Assembly: GCA_964541455.1 (NCBI GenBank)
Contig: CAZIPS010000001.1
Coordinates: 1,709 to 65,708, forward strand
Source of the DNA: an uncultured Candidatus Saccharibacteria bacterium
GTDB taxonomy: Bacteria > Patescibacteriota > Minisyncoccia > Phycocordibacterales > JAKFXT01
Reading direction: 5' to 3'
DNA: 64,000 nt
Each line of letters begins with the position of its first letter. Position 1 is the first letter of the stretch. Both the position numbers and the translations under genes were made by a program. A model generated the notes under the pieces. The model ran no database searches. It was not told the origin of the DNA and saw only the letters and a list, made by a program, of their open reading frames with translations. Shown here piece after piece: positions 27,463-35,811 of the stretch.

Positions 27463-29652
27463 ATGAACAGTACCCTCCGATCTATCATTTTTACCGGTCT
27501 TTTTATTATCTCGTTTATTCCGTTGTATGTGGCAAGCGGCCTTTTCTTCCCTTTTATCACAGGTAAGAATTTCGCCTTTCGTATCATCGTTGAGATTATT
27601 TTTTCGCTTTGGGCGATTCTTGCGTTGCGTGATAGCACTTACCGACCAAAGTATTCTAGTATTTTCGGGGCCTTTGTCGCCTTTCTTGCGGTAATGGGGA
27701 TTGCCACTATGTTTGCTGAAAACCCTTATAAAAGTTTCTGGAGTAACTATGAGCGTATGGAGGGGTACGTTACACTACTTCACCTTTTTGCATATTTTGT
27801 GGTGCTTGGTGCCATGCTTCAAACAAGAGTGTTGTGGAACCGCCTTTTTTTGACATCACTTTTCGCGAGTTTCCTCATGGTGTTTTACAGCTTCTTACAA
27901 CTTTCAGGTAAGCTCGCTATAAACCAAGGAGGAGTACGTGTCGATGGAACATTGGGGAATGCTACGTACCTAGCAATCTATCTTGTGTTTCATATTTTTA
28001 TTGCGCTCATTTTTATTACTCGAAAGGAAACAGATACCATTGCAAAGTGGCTGTATAGCATTCTTGTAGTGGGGCAAGTAGTGGTGCTTTACCACACTGC
28101 AACACGTGGTGCTATTTTGGGTCTCTTAGGAGGACTACTCGCCACAGCATTACTCGTTATGTTTTGGGGTAAGGAAACTCCAAGATTGCGTAAGTTCTCA
28201 ATAGGGATGGTAGCGGCGATCTTTTGTGTGGTTCTTGGTTTTATAGCAATTAAAAATACTGATTTTGTTCAAAAGAGCCCTGTGCTACAGCGTTTCGCCA
28301 CTATTTCTTGGAGTGAAAACCAAACCCAATCTCGTGGCTATGTTTGGCCAATGGCTATTTCTGGTTTTAAAGAGCGACCACTTTTTGGTTGGGGGCAAGA
28401 GAACTTCAATTATGTGTTCAACAAATACTATGCCCCAGAGATGTATAACAAGGAGCCATGGTTTGATCGTACGCACGATGTGTTCCTTGATTGGCTTATA
28501 GCTGGCGGGCTTTTTGGCTTCTTGTCATACCTTTCACTTTTCTGTCTTGGATTATATGCAATCTGGAAGCAGGGAGACTTTTCTTTTGTAGAGCGAGCAT
28601 TAGTGACAGGGCTCTTTTTGGCGTACCTTTTCCACAACATCTTTGTGTTCGATAACTTGGTAAGTTACATCTTCTTTATGTTGTTCCTTGCGTACCTTCA
28701 CTTCGATGTTGCAAAGCCTTTCAGTCTCAAAACACGAAATGCTTTTAGTGTGTTTTCAGCTAATCAAGCACGGGTGAACAACATTATGGCACCACTCATC
28801 ATTATCGTTGGTGTGTTTGTTATTTATGCGGTGAATGCAAAAGCTTACGCTGCAAATACTGAACTCATTACCGCACTATCACTCATTGAGCGAAACCCGG
28901 TTGACGCGCGAGCACACTTTGAAGCGGCGCTTAGCAATCACAGTTTTGGGGATCAGGAAATCCGCGAGCAATTAATGCAGGCGGTCTACAACCTTCGTTA
29001 TAAAAATGAAGTTGATATTAAGGAGAAGCAGGCTTATTTTGAGTTAGCGAAGCGCGAGTATGAAACCATGATTGCTGAAGCTCCTAACGACGCGCGCCAC
29101 CGTCTTTTCTTCGGTGCAATGCTTGAGGCGTATGGGGATGCAAATGATGCAATTACGCAATTAACTAAGGCACTCGAACTTTCTCCTTCAAAACAAACCA
29201 TTCTCTACGAAATAGCGTCTTCGTATGAAAATATCGGCAAAACAAGTGAAGCATTGCCGTACCTCAAAAAGGCTCTTGATCTAGCACCAGAAAATCCTGA
29301 CGCGCGCACAATGTATGCTATCGGACTTATTTACGCAGGAGATGCCGCTCAGGCAAAAGAAGTGCTCAAGTCTTCTCCTGATGGAGTTATCAATATCGAC
29401 GATCGTCTTATTCAGGCGTATTACCAGACCAAACATTTTGCAGAGATTGTCGATATTTGGGAGGAAAAAGTAAAGCAGAATCCAACTGATGCACGCACAA
29501 GAGCAGGACTTGGAGCAGCGTATTACCAAGCAGGGAATAGGGGTGGGGCCATCGCGTCTTTTACTGAAGCAGTAAAACTTGAAACAAATCCAGTGACGAG
29601 CGCGCAATATCAAAAGGCAGTTGATACGCTTCGATCAGGAGGAAATCTCTAA
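27463..29652 (+). CDS. O-antigen ligase/O-oligosaccharyltransferase-family protein with C-terminal TPRs
   Basis: GTLGNA, TRGA.LGL, R...W, RPLFGWG.ENF, DRTHD.FLD, then TPRs (KALELSP, KALDLAP). Confidence 0.85.
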   Translation: MNSTLRSIIFTGLFIISFIPLYVASGLFFPFITGKNFAFRIIVEIIFSLWAILALRDSTYRPKYSSIFGAFVAFLAVMGIATMFAENPYKSFWSNYERMEGYVTLLHLFAYFVVLGAMLQTRVLWNRLFLTSLFASFLMVFYSFLQLSGKLAINQGGVRVDGTLGNATYLAIYLVFHIFIALIFITRKETDTIAKWLYSILVVGQVVVLYHTATRGAILGLLGGLLATALLVMFWGKETPRLRKFSIGMVAAIFCVVLGFIAIKNTDFVQKSPVLQRFATISWSENQTQSRGYVWPMAISGFKERPLFGWGQENFNYVFNKYYAPEMYNKEPWFDRTHDVFLDWLIAGGLFGFLSYLSLFCLGLYAIWKQGDFSFVERALVTGLFLAYLFHNIFVFDNLVSYIFFMLFLAYLHFDVAKPFSLKTRNAFSVFSANQARVNNIMAPLIIIVGVFVIYAVNAKAYAANTELITALSLIERNPVDARAHFEAALSNHSFGDQEIREQLMQAVYNLRYKNEVDIKEKQAYFELAKREYETMIAEAPNDARHRLFFGAMLEAYGDANDAITQLTKALELSPSKQTILYEIASSYENIGKTSEALPYLKKALDLAPENPDARTMYAIGLIYAGDAAQAKEVLKSSPDGVINIDDRLIQAYYQTKHFAEIVDIWEEKVKQNPTDARTRAGLGAAYYQAGNRGGAIASFTEAVKLETNPVTSAQYQKAVDTLRSGGNL

Positions 29653-29669
29653 TGGGCGCGGTGAAGAGC

Positions 29670-29697
29670 TTGACTTTTTTCTAAAAACTGCTATACT
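29670..29697 (+). promoter_or_regulatory. sigma70-type promoter for candidate sRNA 1
   Basis: TTGACT (29670-75), 16 bp, TGcTATACT (-10 at 29692-97). Confidence 0.6.
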
Positions 29698-29703
29698 TCC
29701 CAT

Positions 29704-29773
29704 TGTGAGTGCTAACAAAGTTGTTAGAACTAACGAATGTCTGCGAAAACGCTCCCTTCCGGGAGCTTTTTCG
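29704..29773 (+). ncRNA. candidate small RNA 1 (~70 nt)
   Basis: Own promoter, internal hairpin CTAACAA/TTGTTAG, intrinsic terminator GCTCCC-ttcc-GGGAGC-TTTTT. No recognisable family. Confidence 0.45.
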
Positions 29774-29801
29774 TTTTTAGGTTTTTGTTATACTCTGATA
29801 T

Positions 29802-29894
29802 AGGTGGTCCTTATATATGGCTTCCGGCTGCACTCACATAAGACATTTGTTTTGGAGCTAGCACCCGGAGGCCATATATAAGTGGCACTTTTTT
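29802..29894 (+). ncRNA. candidate small RNA 2 or murB leader (long hairpin, ~90 nt)
   Basis: TGtTATACT at 29786-94. 18-bp stem 29810-27/29865-82 (one G-U) extended at both ends, ~29-nt loop, ends in a U-run. Confidence 0.5.
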
Positions 29895-30926
29895 ATGATT
29901 AAGACGGCTATACCACTTTCTGCCCATAGTACTTTTAAGGTGGGGGGAAAGGCTGATTTTTTTGTTGCAGTAACTACGTTAGAGGAGCTTAAAGACGCTT
30001 TGGCGTATAGCGATGAAAAGGGTTTGCCCGTTCATATATTAGGGGGAGGATCAAATACCCTCTTTAGTGATGAGGGTTTTAGGGGATTAGTTATAAAAAT
30101 TGATATAAAGGGGTTTGTTTTTAAAGAAGAGCATGAAGCACATGTTATAGAGGTGGGGGCCGGAGAGGATTGGGACTATATAGTAAGGGAAACGGGAGCA
30201 CGAGGAATAATTGGATTTGAGAATCTTGCTTTTATACCGGGGACTGTTGGGGGAGCGGTGGTGCAAAATATTGGAGCCTATAATAGAGAGATAGGTGCTT
30301 TCGTCCACTCTGTTGAAGTGTATGATCGAGAAAAGAAAAAAGTACAAACACTCACGCACGCTGATTGCCACTTCAAGTATCGCCATAGTATTTTCAAAGA
30401 AAAGAAAGCCGCTCATCTAATTGTGACACGTGTAGTCTTTAAACTTTTAACATCAGACACACTTAAAACAACCTATCCTGAACTGCATTCATTTTTAGAG
30501 ACACAGTATAAAAAAGAAGAAATACTAAACGCTGACATGGTGAGAAGCGCAGTTACAATGCTACGAACAAAAAAACTGCCTTCGCTTTCAGACTACGGCA
30601 CGGCCGGGTCATTTTTTAAAAATCCGATTATCGAAGATGGAAAAATATCTTTACTCAAAGCCCGATTCCCAGAATTGCCAGTCTGGAATGTAGGACTTGG
30701 GAAAAGTAAGATTCCTGCAGCGTATCTCATTGATAAAATCGCTCTTCTTAAGGGAGAAATAGTAGGGGGAGCGTCATTATGGAACCTTCAAGCATTAGTA
30801 ATTGTGACTAATACTTCTGCAACTTCACGTGATGTGTATACGCTTAAAGAAAAAATAAAAAAAGTTGTGTTAGAAAAAACAGGAATTACACTTGAAGAAG
30901 AAGTATGTATAGTAGGAGAAAAATAA
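29895..30926 (+). CDS. murB: UDP-N-acetylenolpyruvoylglucosamine reductase
   Basis: LGGGSNTL, IPGTVGGAVVQNIGAY, F.YRHSIFK, TAGSFFKNP, LEEEV. Confidence 0.93.
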   Translation: MIKTAIPLSAHSTFKVGGKADFFVAVTTLEELKDALAYSDEKGLPVHILGGGSNTLFSDEGFRGLVIKIDIKGFVFKEEHEAHVIEVGAGEDWDYIVRETGARGIIGFENLAFIPGTVGGAVVQNIGAYNREIGAFVHSVEVYDREKKKVQTLTHADCHFKYRHSIFKEKKAAHLIVTRVVFKLLTSDTLKTTYPELHSFLETQYKKEEILNADMVRSAVTMLRTKKLPSLSDYGTAGSFFKNPIIEDGKISLLKARFPELPVWNVGLGKSKIPAAYLIDKIALLKGEIVGGASLWNLQALVIVTNTSATSRDVYTLKEKIKKVVLEKTGITLEEEVCIVGEK

Positions 30927-30992
30927 TTTTTAAAAAAATAAAAGTAACATTAAAAAATTTTTACATAAAAATATTTTTTAAAAAAATAAAAG

Positions 30993-31001
30993 TTATCCAC
31001 A
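30993..31001 (+). promoter_or_regulatory. perfect DnaA box in an AT-rich A-tract region
   Basis: TTATCCACA, about 20 bp upstream of a predicted -35 element. Confidence 0.55.
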
Positions 31002-31019
31002 TAAAAATACAAAAAAATA

Positions 31020-31048
31020 TTGTGAGAAGATTCAACACACATCATAAT
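31020..31048 (+). promoter_or_regulatory. sigma70-type promoter of the Lys-rich micropeptide gene
   Basis: TTGTGA-17 bp-CATAAT, preceded by A-tracts resembling an UP element. Confidence 0.5.
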
Positions 31049-31176
31049 ATGTATTAGAAGTAGCAGTGAGTTGATTCAACTCTTTAGAGAACACAAACAT
31101 TTAAATTTTAAATCATAGTGCTTTAAAGAGAGGTCGCCAACACACTGTTCATTTAATAGTTTTTGATACCATTATC

Positions 31177-31242
31177 ATGGCAGCAAAGAAAAAGAAGGCA
31201 GCTAAGAAGGCAGCCAAGAAGTCAAAGAAAAAGAAGAACTAG
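31177..31242 (+). CDS. 21-aa Lys/Ala-rich micropeptide MAAKKKKAAKKAAKKSKKKKN (histone-H1/protamine-like composition)
   Basis: Not in the ORF track. ATG...TAG with mixed AAG/AAA and GCA/GCT/GCC codons, bracketed by a promoter and a terminator. Confidence 0.7.
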   Translation: MAAKKKKAAKKAAKKSKKKKN

Positions 31243-31261
31243 TCTTTAGTCTTCTCACTTC

Positions 31262-31298
31262 AAGTAAAAGACCCTCCTATCGAGGGTCTTTTACTTTT
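31262..31298 (+). terminator. intrinsic terminator after the micropeptide gene
   Basis: AAGTAAAAGACCCTC-ctatc-GAGGGTCTTTTACTT, 15-bp perfect inverted repeat. Confidence 0.85.
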
Positions 31299-31337
31299 AA
31301 GGGAGCGTTCTCGAATGCGTATTTTGATTGTTTCAAC

Positions 31338-31366
31338 AAAAAAAGACGCGCTTTCGCGCGCCTTCG
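31338..31366 (-). terminator. intrinsic terminator of the minus-strand orphan gene
   Basis: Minus strand AGGCGCGC-gaaa-GCGCGTCT followed by a T-run. Confidence 0.7.
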
Positions 31367-31384
31367 ATCCGAATTGGCTGGGGA

Positions 31385-31957
31385 CTATTCCGGCTCAGCC
31401 ACAAACCGATGTTTCCCGTCGTCCCCAAGGGGTTCTTTGATGATGAAGGTCTTACCGTGCCCCTTCAGGAACTTTGTCACCGTCACTTTCGGATAGAAGC
31501 AGATGACATAGGTAACCCCGTTCCCGCCGAGTTCAAACTTGAGTGGTGGGCTTGCAGGAGACCAGTCCCAGTCGTCTTGCGAGACACTGCAGTGCTTGAA
31601 GCGTGTGGTGTCCCCAAACGCCTCGCGGACAATTCTAATAGCGGTGTTCACTTGCTTAGTGAGGGGCTGGTATTTCGAAGACTCGAGGCATTTGGTAGCC
31701 AAGGTGGCTGCCTTGAGGCCGAGGCTTCGAGCTTCATCAGCAGTCACCCTGAGGAGGCTCCCATAGGGGCCTTGGGGGATAGAGGTCTTCAATTGACTCC
31801 CGTAACGGTTGTCCACCATGATGGGGAGGAAATGCCTCGGCCCATTCAGCATTTCCGCGATGCCATCTTTTCCGATGGGTACAAGTAATGCTGGCGAGGT
31901 GGGAGGAGGACTCCCGTAGGAAATCACGAGCGAAACATAGATCGCCGGGTCTGACAT
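31385..31957 (-). CDS. orphan hypothetical protein, 190 aa, GC-richer than its neighbours
   Basis: ATG preceded by AAGGAGAG SD, TTGACT-16-TATGGT promoter (32038-32011) and own terminator. No recognised motif. Confidence 0.65.
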   Translation of the reverse strand: MSDPAIYVSLVISYGSPPPTSPALLVPIGKDGIAEMLNGPRHFLPIMVDNRYGSQLKTSIPQGPYGSLLRVTADEARSLGLKAATLATKCLESSKYQPLTKQVNTAIRIVREAFGDTTRFKHCSVSQDDWDWSPASPPLKFELGGNGVTYVICFYPKVTVTKFLKGHGKTFIIKEPLGDDGKHRFVAEPE

Positions 31958-32102
31958 ACGCTCTCCTTAAGGGGGGGGGTGAGGGTTTGTACTACAATAG
32001 TGCTTTTCGAACCATACCTTTTTATTTTTAAAAGTCAAACGCCACTTGTTGTAGTGGTGTTAGTTTATGGAGGGCCCCCCTTCTTTGTGCTAGAATGCCT
32101 CA

Positions 32103-34628
32103 ATGTTTAAATGGCTCAAAAACATAGGAAATACGGGGGCTGAAGCGGTAAAAGCAGCTGAAGTAATCTTAAAAGAGGTTAATGCTTTTGAGTCAACTAT
32201 TTCAGCGCTCTCTGATGAGGGGCTTAAAGCGAAAACAGACGAGTTTAAAGCACGGCTTAAGGGGGGTGAAACACTTCAAGATATCCTGCCAGAAGCCTAC
32301 GCGGTGGTGAGGGAGACGGCAAAACGTGTGCGCAATGAGCGTCATTTTGATGTACAGATTATTGGTGGGGTAATTCTTAATAATAGAGGGATTGCGGAAA
32401 TGCGCACTGGTGAGGGAAAGACACTTGTTGCTACGCTTCCCGCGTATCTAAACGCGCTTTTGGAAAAGGGTGTGCATGTGGTAACCGTGAATGACTATCT
32501 TTCACGCCGCGATGCGGTATGGATGGGAGAAATATACAACTTCCTAGGACTTACGGTGGGAGTACTTAACCATGAGGCTTCATATCTTTATGATAAAACT
32601 GCTACCACAAAAGAAGAAGATGAAGAGAGAGACATTCTAGGTTCATTCAAAGTAGTGCATGATTTTTTGCGCCCTTCAACAAGAAATGAAGCGTATAGAG
32701 CAGATATTACCTATGGCACAAATAGTGAATTTGGTTTTGATTATTTGCGAGACAATCTAGAGTATGAAGTTTCTGCGCTTCGCCAGAGAGAGCCATACTT
32801 TGCAATAGTTGATGAAATAGACTCTATTCTTATAGATGAAGCACGCACACCACTCATTATTTCCGCCCCCTCATCAGATAGTGCTGATCTTTACCAAGTG
32901 TTTGCAGGAATTGCCAAGCAGTTAAAAAAGGAAGTTGATTTTACGGTGGATGAGAAGTTGAAAGCCATCACCCTTACAGATGAGGGGATTACGCATGCTG
33001 AAAAATTACTTGGCGTTGAAAATATTTACACCGAGAAGGGGGTTAAGTATGTGCATCACCTTGAAACGGCGGTACGCGCACAAGCTCTTTTTGAAAAAGA
33101 TAAAGAGTATGTAGTTAAAGATGGGGAAATTATCATTGTTGATGAGTTCACGGGACGCCTGCAACCAGGACGACGCTGGTCTGAAGGGTTACATCAGGCG
33201 ATTGAGGCAAAAGAAGGGGTAGAGGTGCAAAAAGAGTCACGCACCTTTGCATCTATCACGTATCAAAATTATTTTAGACTTTACGAAAAGCTCTCGGGTA
33301 TGACGGGAACTGCTATGACCTCGTCTGAAGAGTTCTACAAGGTATATGGACTAAACACCGTTGCTATCCCTACTAATAGAGCTATTGCACGTGTTGATCA
33401 TGATGATCTTATTTTCCAAACTGAAAAAGGGAAAATGAAAGCTTTAGCACGAAGAGTAAAGGAGCTGCATGAAAAAAAGCAGCCTGTACTTATCGGGACA
33501 GTGTCAATTGAAAAAAATGAAGTACTATCAGCCTATCTTAAAAGTGAAGGTATCCCGCATCATATATTGAATGCAAAAAATCACGAGCAAGAAGGTGAGA
33601 TTATTGCGCAAGCGGGAACACTGGGTCAGGTCACTATCGCTACTAACATGGCAGGTCGCGGAGTGGATATTAAACTTGGGGGGAACCCTGCGACAGTAGA
33701 ACAGTATGAAGGGGTTAAGGCACTCGGTGGACTTATGGTGATTGGAACCGAGCGACATGAAGCACGTCGTATCGATAACCAGCTTCGTGGTCGCTCGGGA
33801 CGACAGGGAGATCCAGGAGAAACACAATTCTTTGTTTCGCTTGAAGACCCCCTCATGCGCATTTTTGCTTCAGATACCATTAAAACAATGATGGGCCGTT
33901 TTGGTATTCCGGAAGATCAACCTATTGAAAATAGGTTGATTACGCGTTCACTTGAGTCGGCACAAACAAAAATCGAAGGGTTCCATTTTGATTCACGTAA
34001 AAATATTCTTGAGTATGATGATGTGCTAAGTCATCAGCGTACTTCTATTTATGAAAAGCGTCGTAGCGCGCTTATGGGAGATAATGAAGTCCTCGAAGGA
34101 TTGCTTAATGAAGCGATTATGGGAGACGATACGCTTCTCAAGATGGCACAGGAGAAAAAAGATCGTATGGGGGAGGAGTATTTCTACCAAAATCTTCGTC
34201 GACTTATGTTACAAATTATTGATACGTTTTGGGTCGATCATCTCGAGGCGATGGACTATTTACGTTCATCGGTTAACTTAAGAGCGTATGGGCAGCGCGA
34301 TCCCCTTGTTGAATACAAAAAAGAGGGATTACGCTTGTTTAAAGATATGGAAGAGGGGATACAGGAGGAAGTTATCCGTTTACTCCCACACATTGATGCT
34401 GGACTTTTTAAAACAGAAGAAAATAAAAATTTAGCCATGGTACATGAAAGTGCGGAGAGCATTACAGGAGGTACCTCAAGCGGAAATACTGTAGTGAGCG
34501 AGGGTGGAGTGGTTAATAGTGAAAAAATAGGACGCAATGATACATGCCCCTGTGGTTCTGGTAAAAAGTATAAAAAATGTGGAGAACTCAACACACCTGA
34601 ACATCAGCGTTTAATGAGTCAAAAGTAA
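32103..34628 (+). CDS. secA: preprotein translocase subunit SecA
   Basis: MRTGEGKT, VTVNDYLS.RD, DEIDSILIDEARTPLIIS, TNMAGRG.DI, RRIDNQLRGRSGRQGDPG, C-terminal GRND.CPCGSGKKYKKC. Confidence 0.98.
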   Translation: MFKWLKNIGNTGAEAVKAAEVILKEVNAFESTISALSDEGLKAKTDEFKARLKGGETLQDILPEAYAVVRETAKRVRNERHFDVQIIGGVILNNRGIAEMRTGEGKTLVATLPAYLNALLEKGVHVVTVNDYLSRRDAVWMGEIYNFLGLTVGVLNHEASYLYDKTATTKEEDEERDILGSFKVVHDFLRPSTRNEAYRADITYGTNSEFGFDYLRDNLEYEVSALRQREPYFAIVDEIDSILIDEARTPLIISAPSSDSADLYQVFAGIAKQLKKEVDFTVDEKLKAITLTDEGITHAEKLLGVENIYTEKGVKYVHHLETAVRAQALFEKDKEYVVKDGEIIIVDEFTGRLQPGRRWSEGLHQAIEAKEGVEVQKESRTFASITYQNYFRLYEKLSGMTGTAMTSSEEFYKVYGLNTVAIPTNRAIARVDHDDLIFQTEKGKMKALARRVKELHEKKQPVLIGTVSIEKNEVLSAYLKSEGIPHHILNAKNHEQEGEIIAQAGTLGQVTIATNMAGRGVDIKLGGNPATVEQYEGVKALGGLMVIGTERHEARRIDNQLRGRSGRQGDPGETQFFVSLEDPLMRIFASDTIKTMMGRFGIPEDQPIENRLITRSLESAQTKIEGFHFDSRKNILEYDDVLSHQRTSIYEKRRSALMGDNEVLEGLLNEAIMGDDTLLKMAQEKKDRMGEEYFYQNLRRLMLQIIDTFWVDHLEAMDYLRSSVNLRAYGQRDPLVEYKKEGLRLFKDMEEGIQEEVIRLLPHIDAGLFKTEENKNLAMVHESAESITGGTSSGNTVVSEGGVVNSEKIGRNDTCPCGSGKKYKKCGELNTPEHQRLMSQK

Positions 34629-34636
34629 AAAAGGGT

Positions 34637-35077
34637 ATGCAAATAAAAGAATTGGGCCATGTGGTGCTCTACGTCACACACCTTACTGTGATGGCTGATT
34701 TTTATAGAGACACACTTGGGTATCGTGAAATTGCTCGTAGTCATGGGATGGCGCTCTTTAGCAGTGGGCGAACGCATCATGAACTTTTGTTGATCGAAAT
34801 TGGTGGAGAGCGACAGCCCCTAGGAGCCCTTCGCCCAGGACTCTATCATATTGGCTTTAAGGTGGGGGATACGCATGAAGATTTAAGGAAGGTGTATAAG
34901 GAACTAACAGAGCGTGGGGTGAGGATCATAGGCATGAGTGACCATACGGTGACTGAGAGTCTCTATATAGCGGATCCAGACAATAATGAGCTTGAACTCT
35001 ATATAGATAAGGGTGAGGATTGGAAGAAGCATCCAGAGCTTATTTTAACCCCCACTAAAAGACTCTCTTTAGACTAA
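34637..35077 (+). CDS. VOC/glyoxalase-family protein
   Basis: LGHVVL...DFY...LG, GLYHIGF, YIADPDNNELELY. Confidence 0.85.
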   Translation: MQIKELGHVVLYVTHLTVMADFYRDTLGYREIARSHGMALFSSGRTHHELLLIEIGGERQPLGALRPGLYHIGFKVGDTHEDLRKVYKELTERGVRIIGMSDHTVTESLYIADPDNNELELYIDKGEDWKKHPELILTPTKRLSLD

Positions 35078-35128
35078 TCTTCCCTTATTTGTTACACTAG
35101 CCCTACTAATTAGTTAACTATACTTACT

Positions 35129-35791
35129 ATGCAGAAAAGTTTTTATCTTGTGGCGATCGTTATTGCGATTTTCGTTCTATTTGTAGGAAGTGCTGCGTAT
35201 TTAAAAAACAAAAGTGCAAGTAACGAACCGCTTCCAACTGCAGAAATCACCGCCACTGATTGGAAAAAGGGGACAGAAAGTAAGGTGACCCTTTTGGAGT
35301 ATGCCGATTTTCAATGTCCTGCTTGCGGACAATACTACCCTCTTGTTGAGGAAGTGCTTAAGGATGTGGGGAGTAAGATTACTTACGTGTATCGCCACAT
35401 GCCACTTAACCAACATATAAATGCAGTACCTGCAGCGCTCGCCGCTGAAGCGGCTGGAAGGCAGGGGAAGTTTTGGGAGATGTATACACAACTTTTCACC
35501 CATCAGGCTGATTGGTCAGAATCAAAGGATCCTTTTACGATTTTTAGTGGGTACGCTAAGGCACTCGGGCTTAATATAGATCAATTCACTACTACGTACA
35601 ATGATCCGTTGGTGAAAGCAAAAATTACCGATAGCTATAAAGCAGGAATAAAACTTGGTGTAGAAGGAACCCCCACATTTTTCCTTAATGGTAAAAAGAT
35701 TGTAAACCCACGAAGTAAAGAAGAGTTCGAAAGTATTATTAATGATGCCTTAAAAACTGCAGGAGTAACGACTACAGCAACTACTCAGTAA
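35129..35791 (+). CDS. membrane-anchored DsbA-family thiol-disulfide oxidoreductase
   Basis: N-terminal TM, EYADFQCPAC, RHMPL, GVEGTPTFF. Confidence 0.9.
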   Translation: MQKSFYLVAIVIAIFVLFVGSAAYLKNKSASNEPLPTAEITATDWKKGTESKVTLLEYADFQCPACGQYYPLVEEVLKDVGSKITYVYRHMPLNQHINAVPAALAAEAAGRQGKFWEMYTQLFTHQADWSESKDPFTIFSGYAKALGLNIDQFTTTYNDPLVKAKITDSYKAGIKLGVEGTPTFFLNGKKIVNPRSKEEFESIINDALKTAGVTTTATTQ

Positions 35792-35811
35792 GTTTCTAAG
35801 GGGCTGTTTTC

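Noticed and set aside
29621-29803. 60-aa ORF across the sRNA region
   Set aside because: Overlaps the upstream gene end, runs through a promoter and terminator, TTG start, no protein features. A short GTG-initiated leaderless peptide from 29705 cannot be fully excluded.
29700-29894. tmRNA, SRP RNA or tRNA identity for the structured intergenic region
   Set aside because: No acceptor stem, T arm or CCA end, and no SRP helix-8 motif. The ANKVV reading lacks the tmRNA resume context.
30927-31060. AT-rich tract with a DnaA box as replication origin
   Set aside because: Only one perfect box, no dnaA/dnaN nearby, and gene orientation stays + on both sides. It fits a promoter UP region better.
31328-31888. 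186-aa plus-strand ORF
   Set aside because: Antisense shadow of 31385..31957, which has the SD, promoter and terminator. It starts with TTG right after a terminator.
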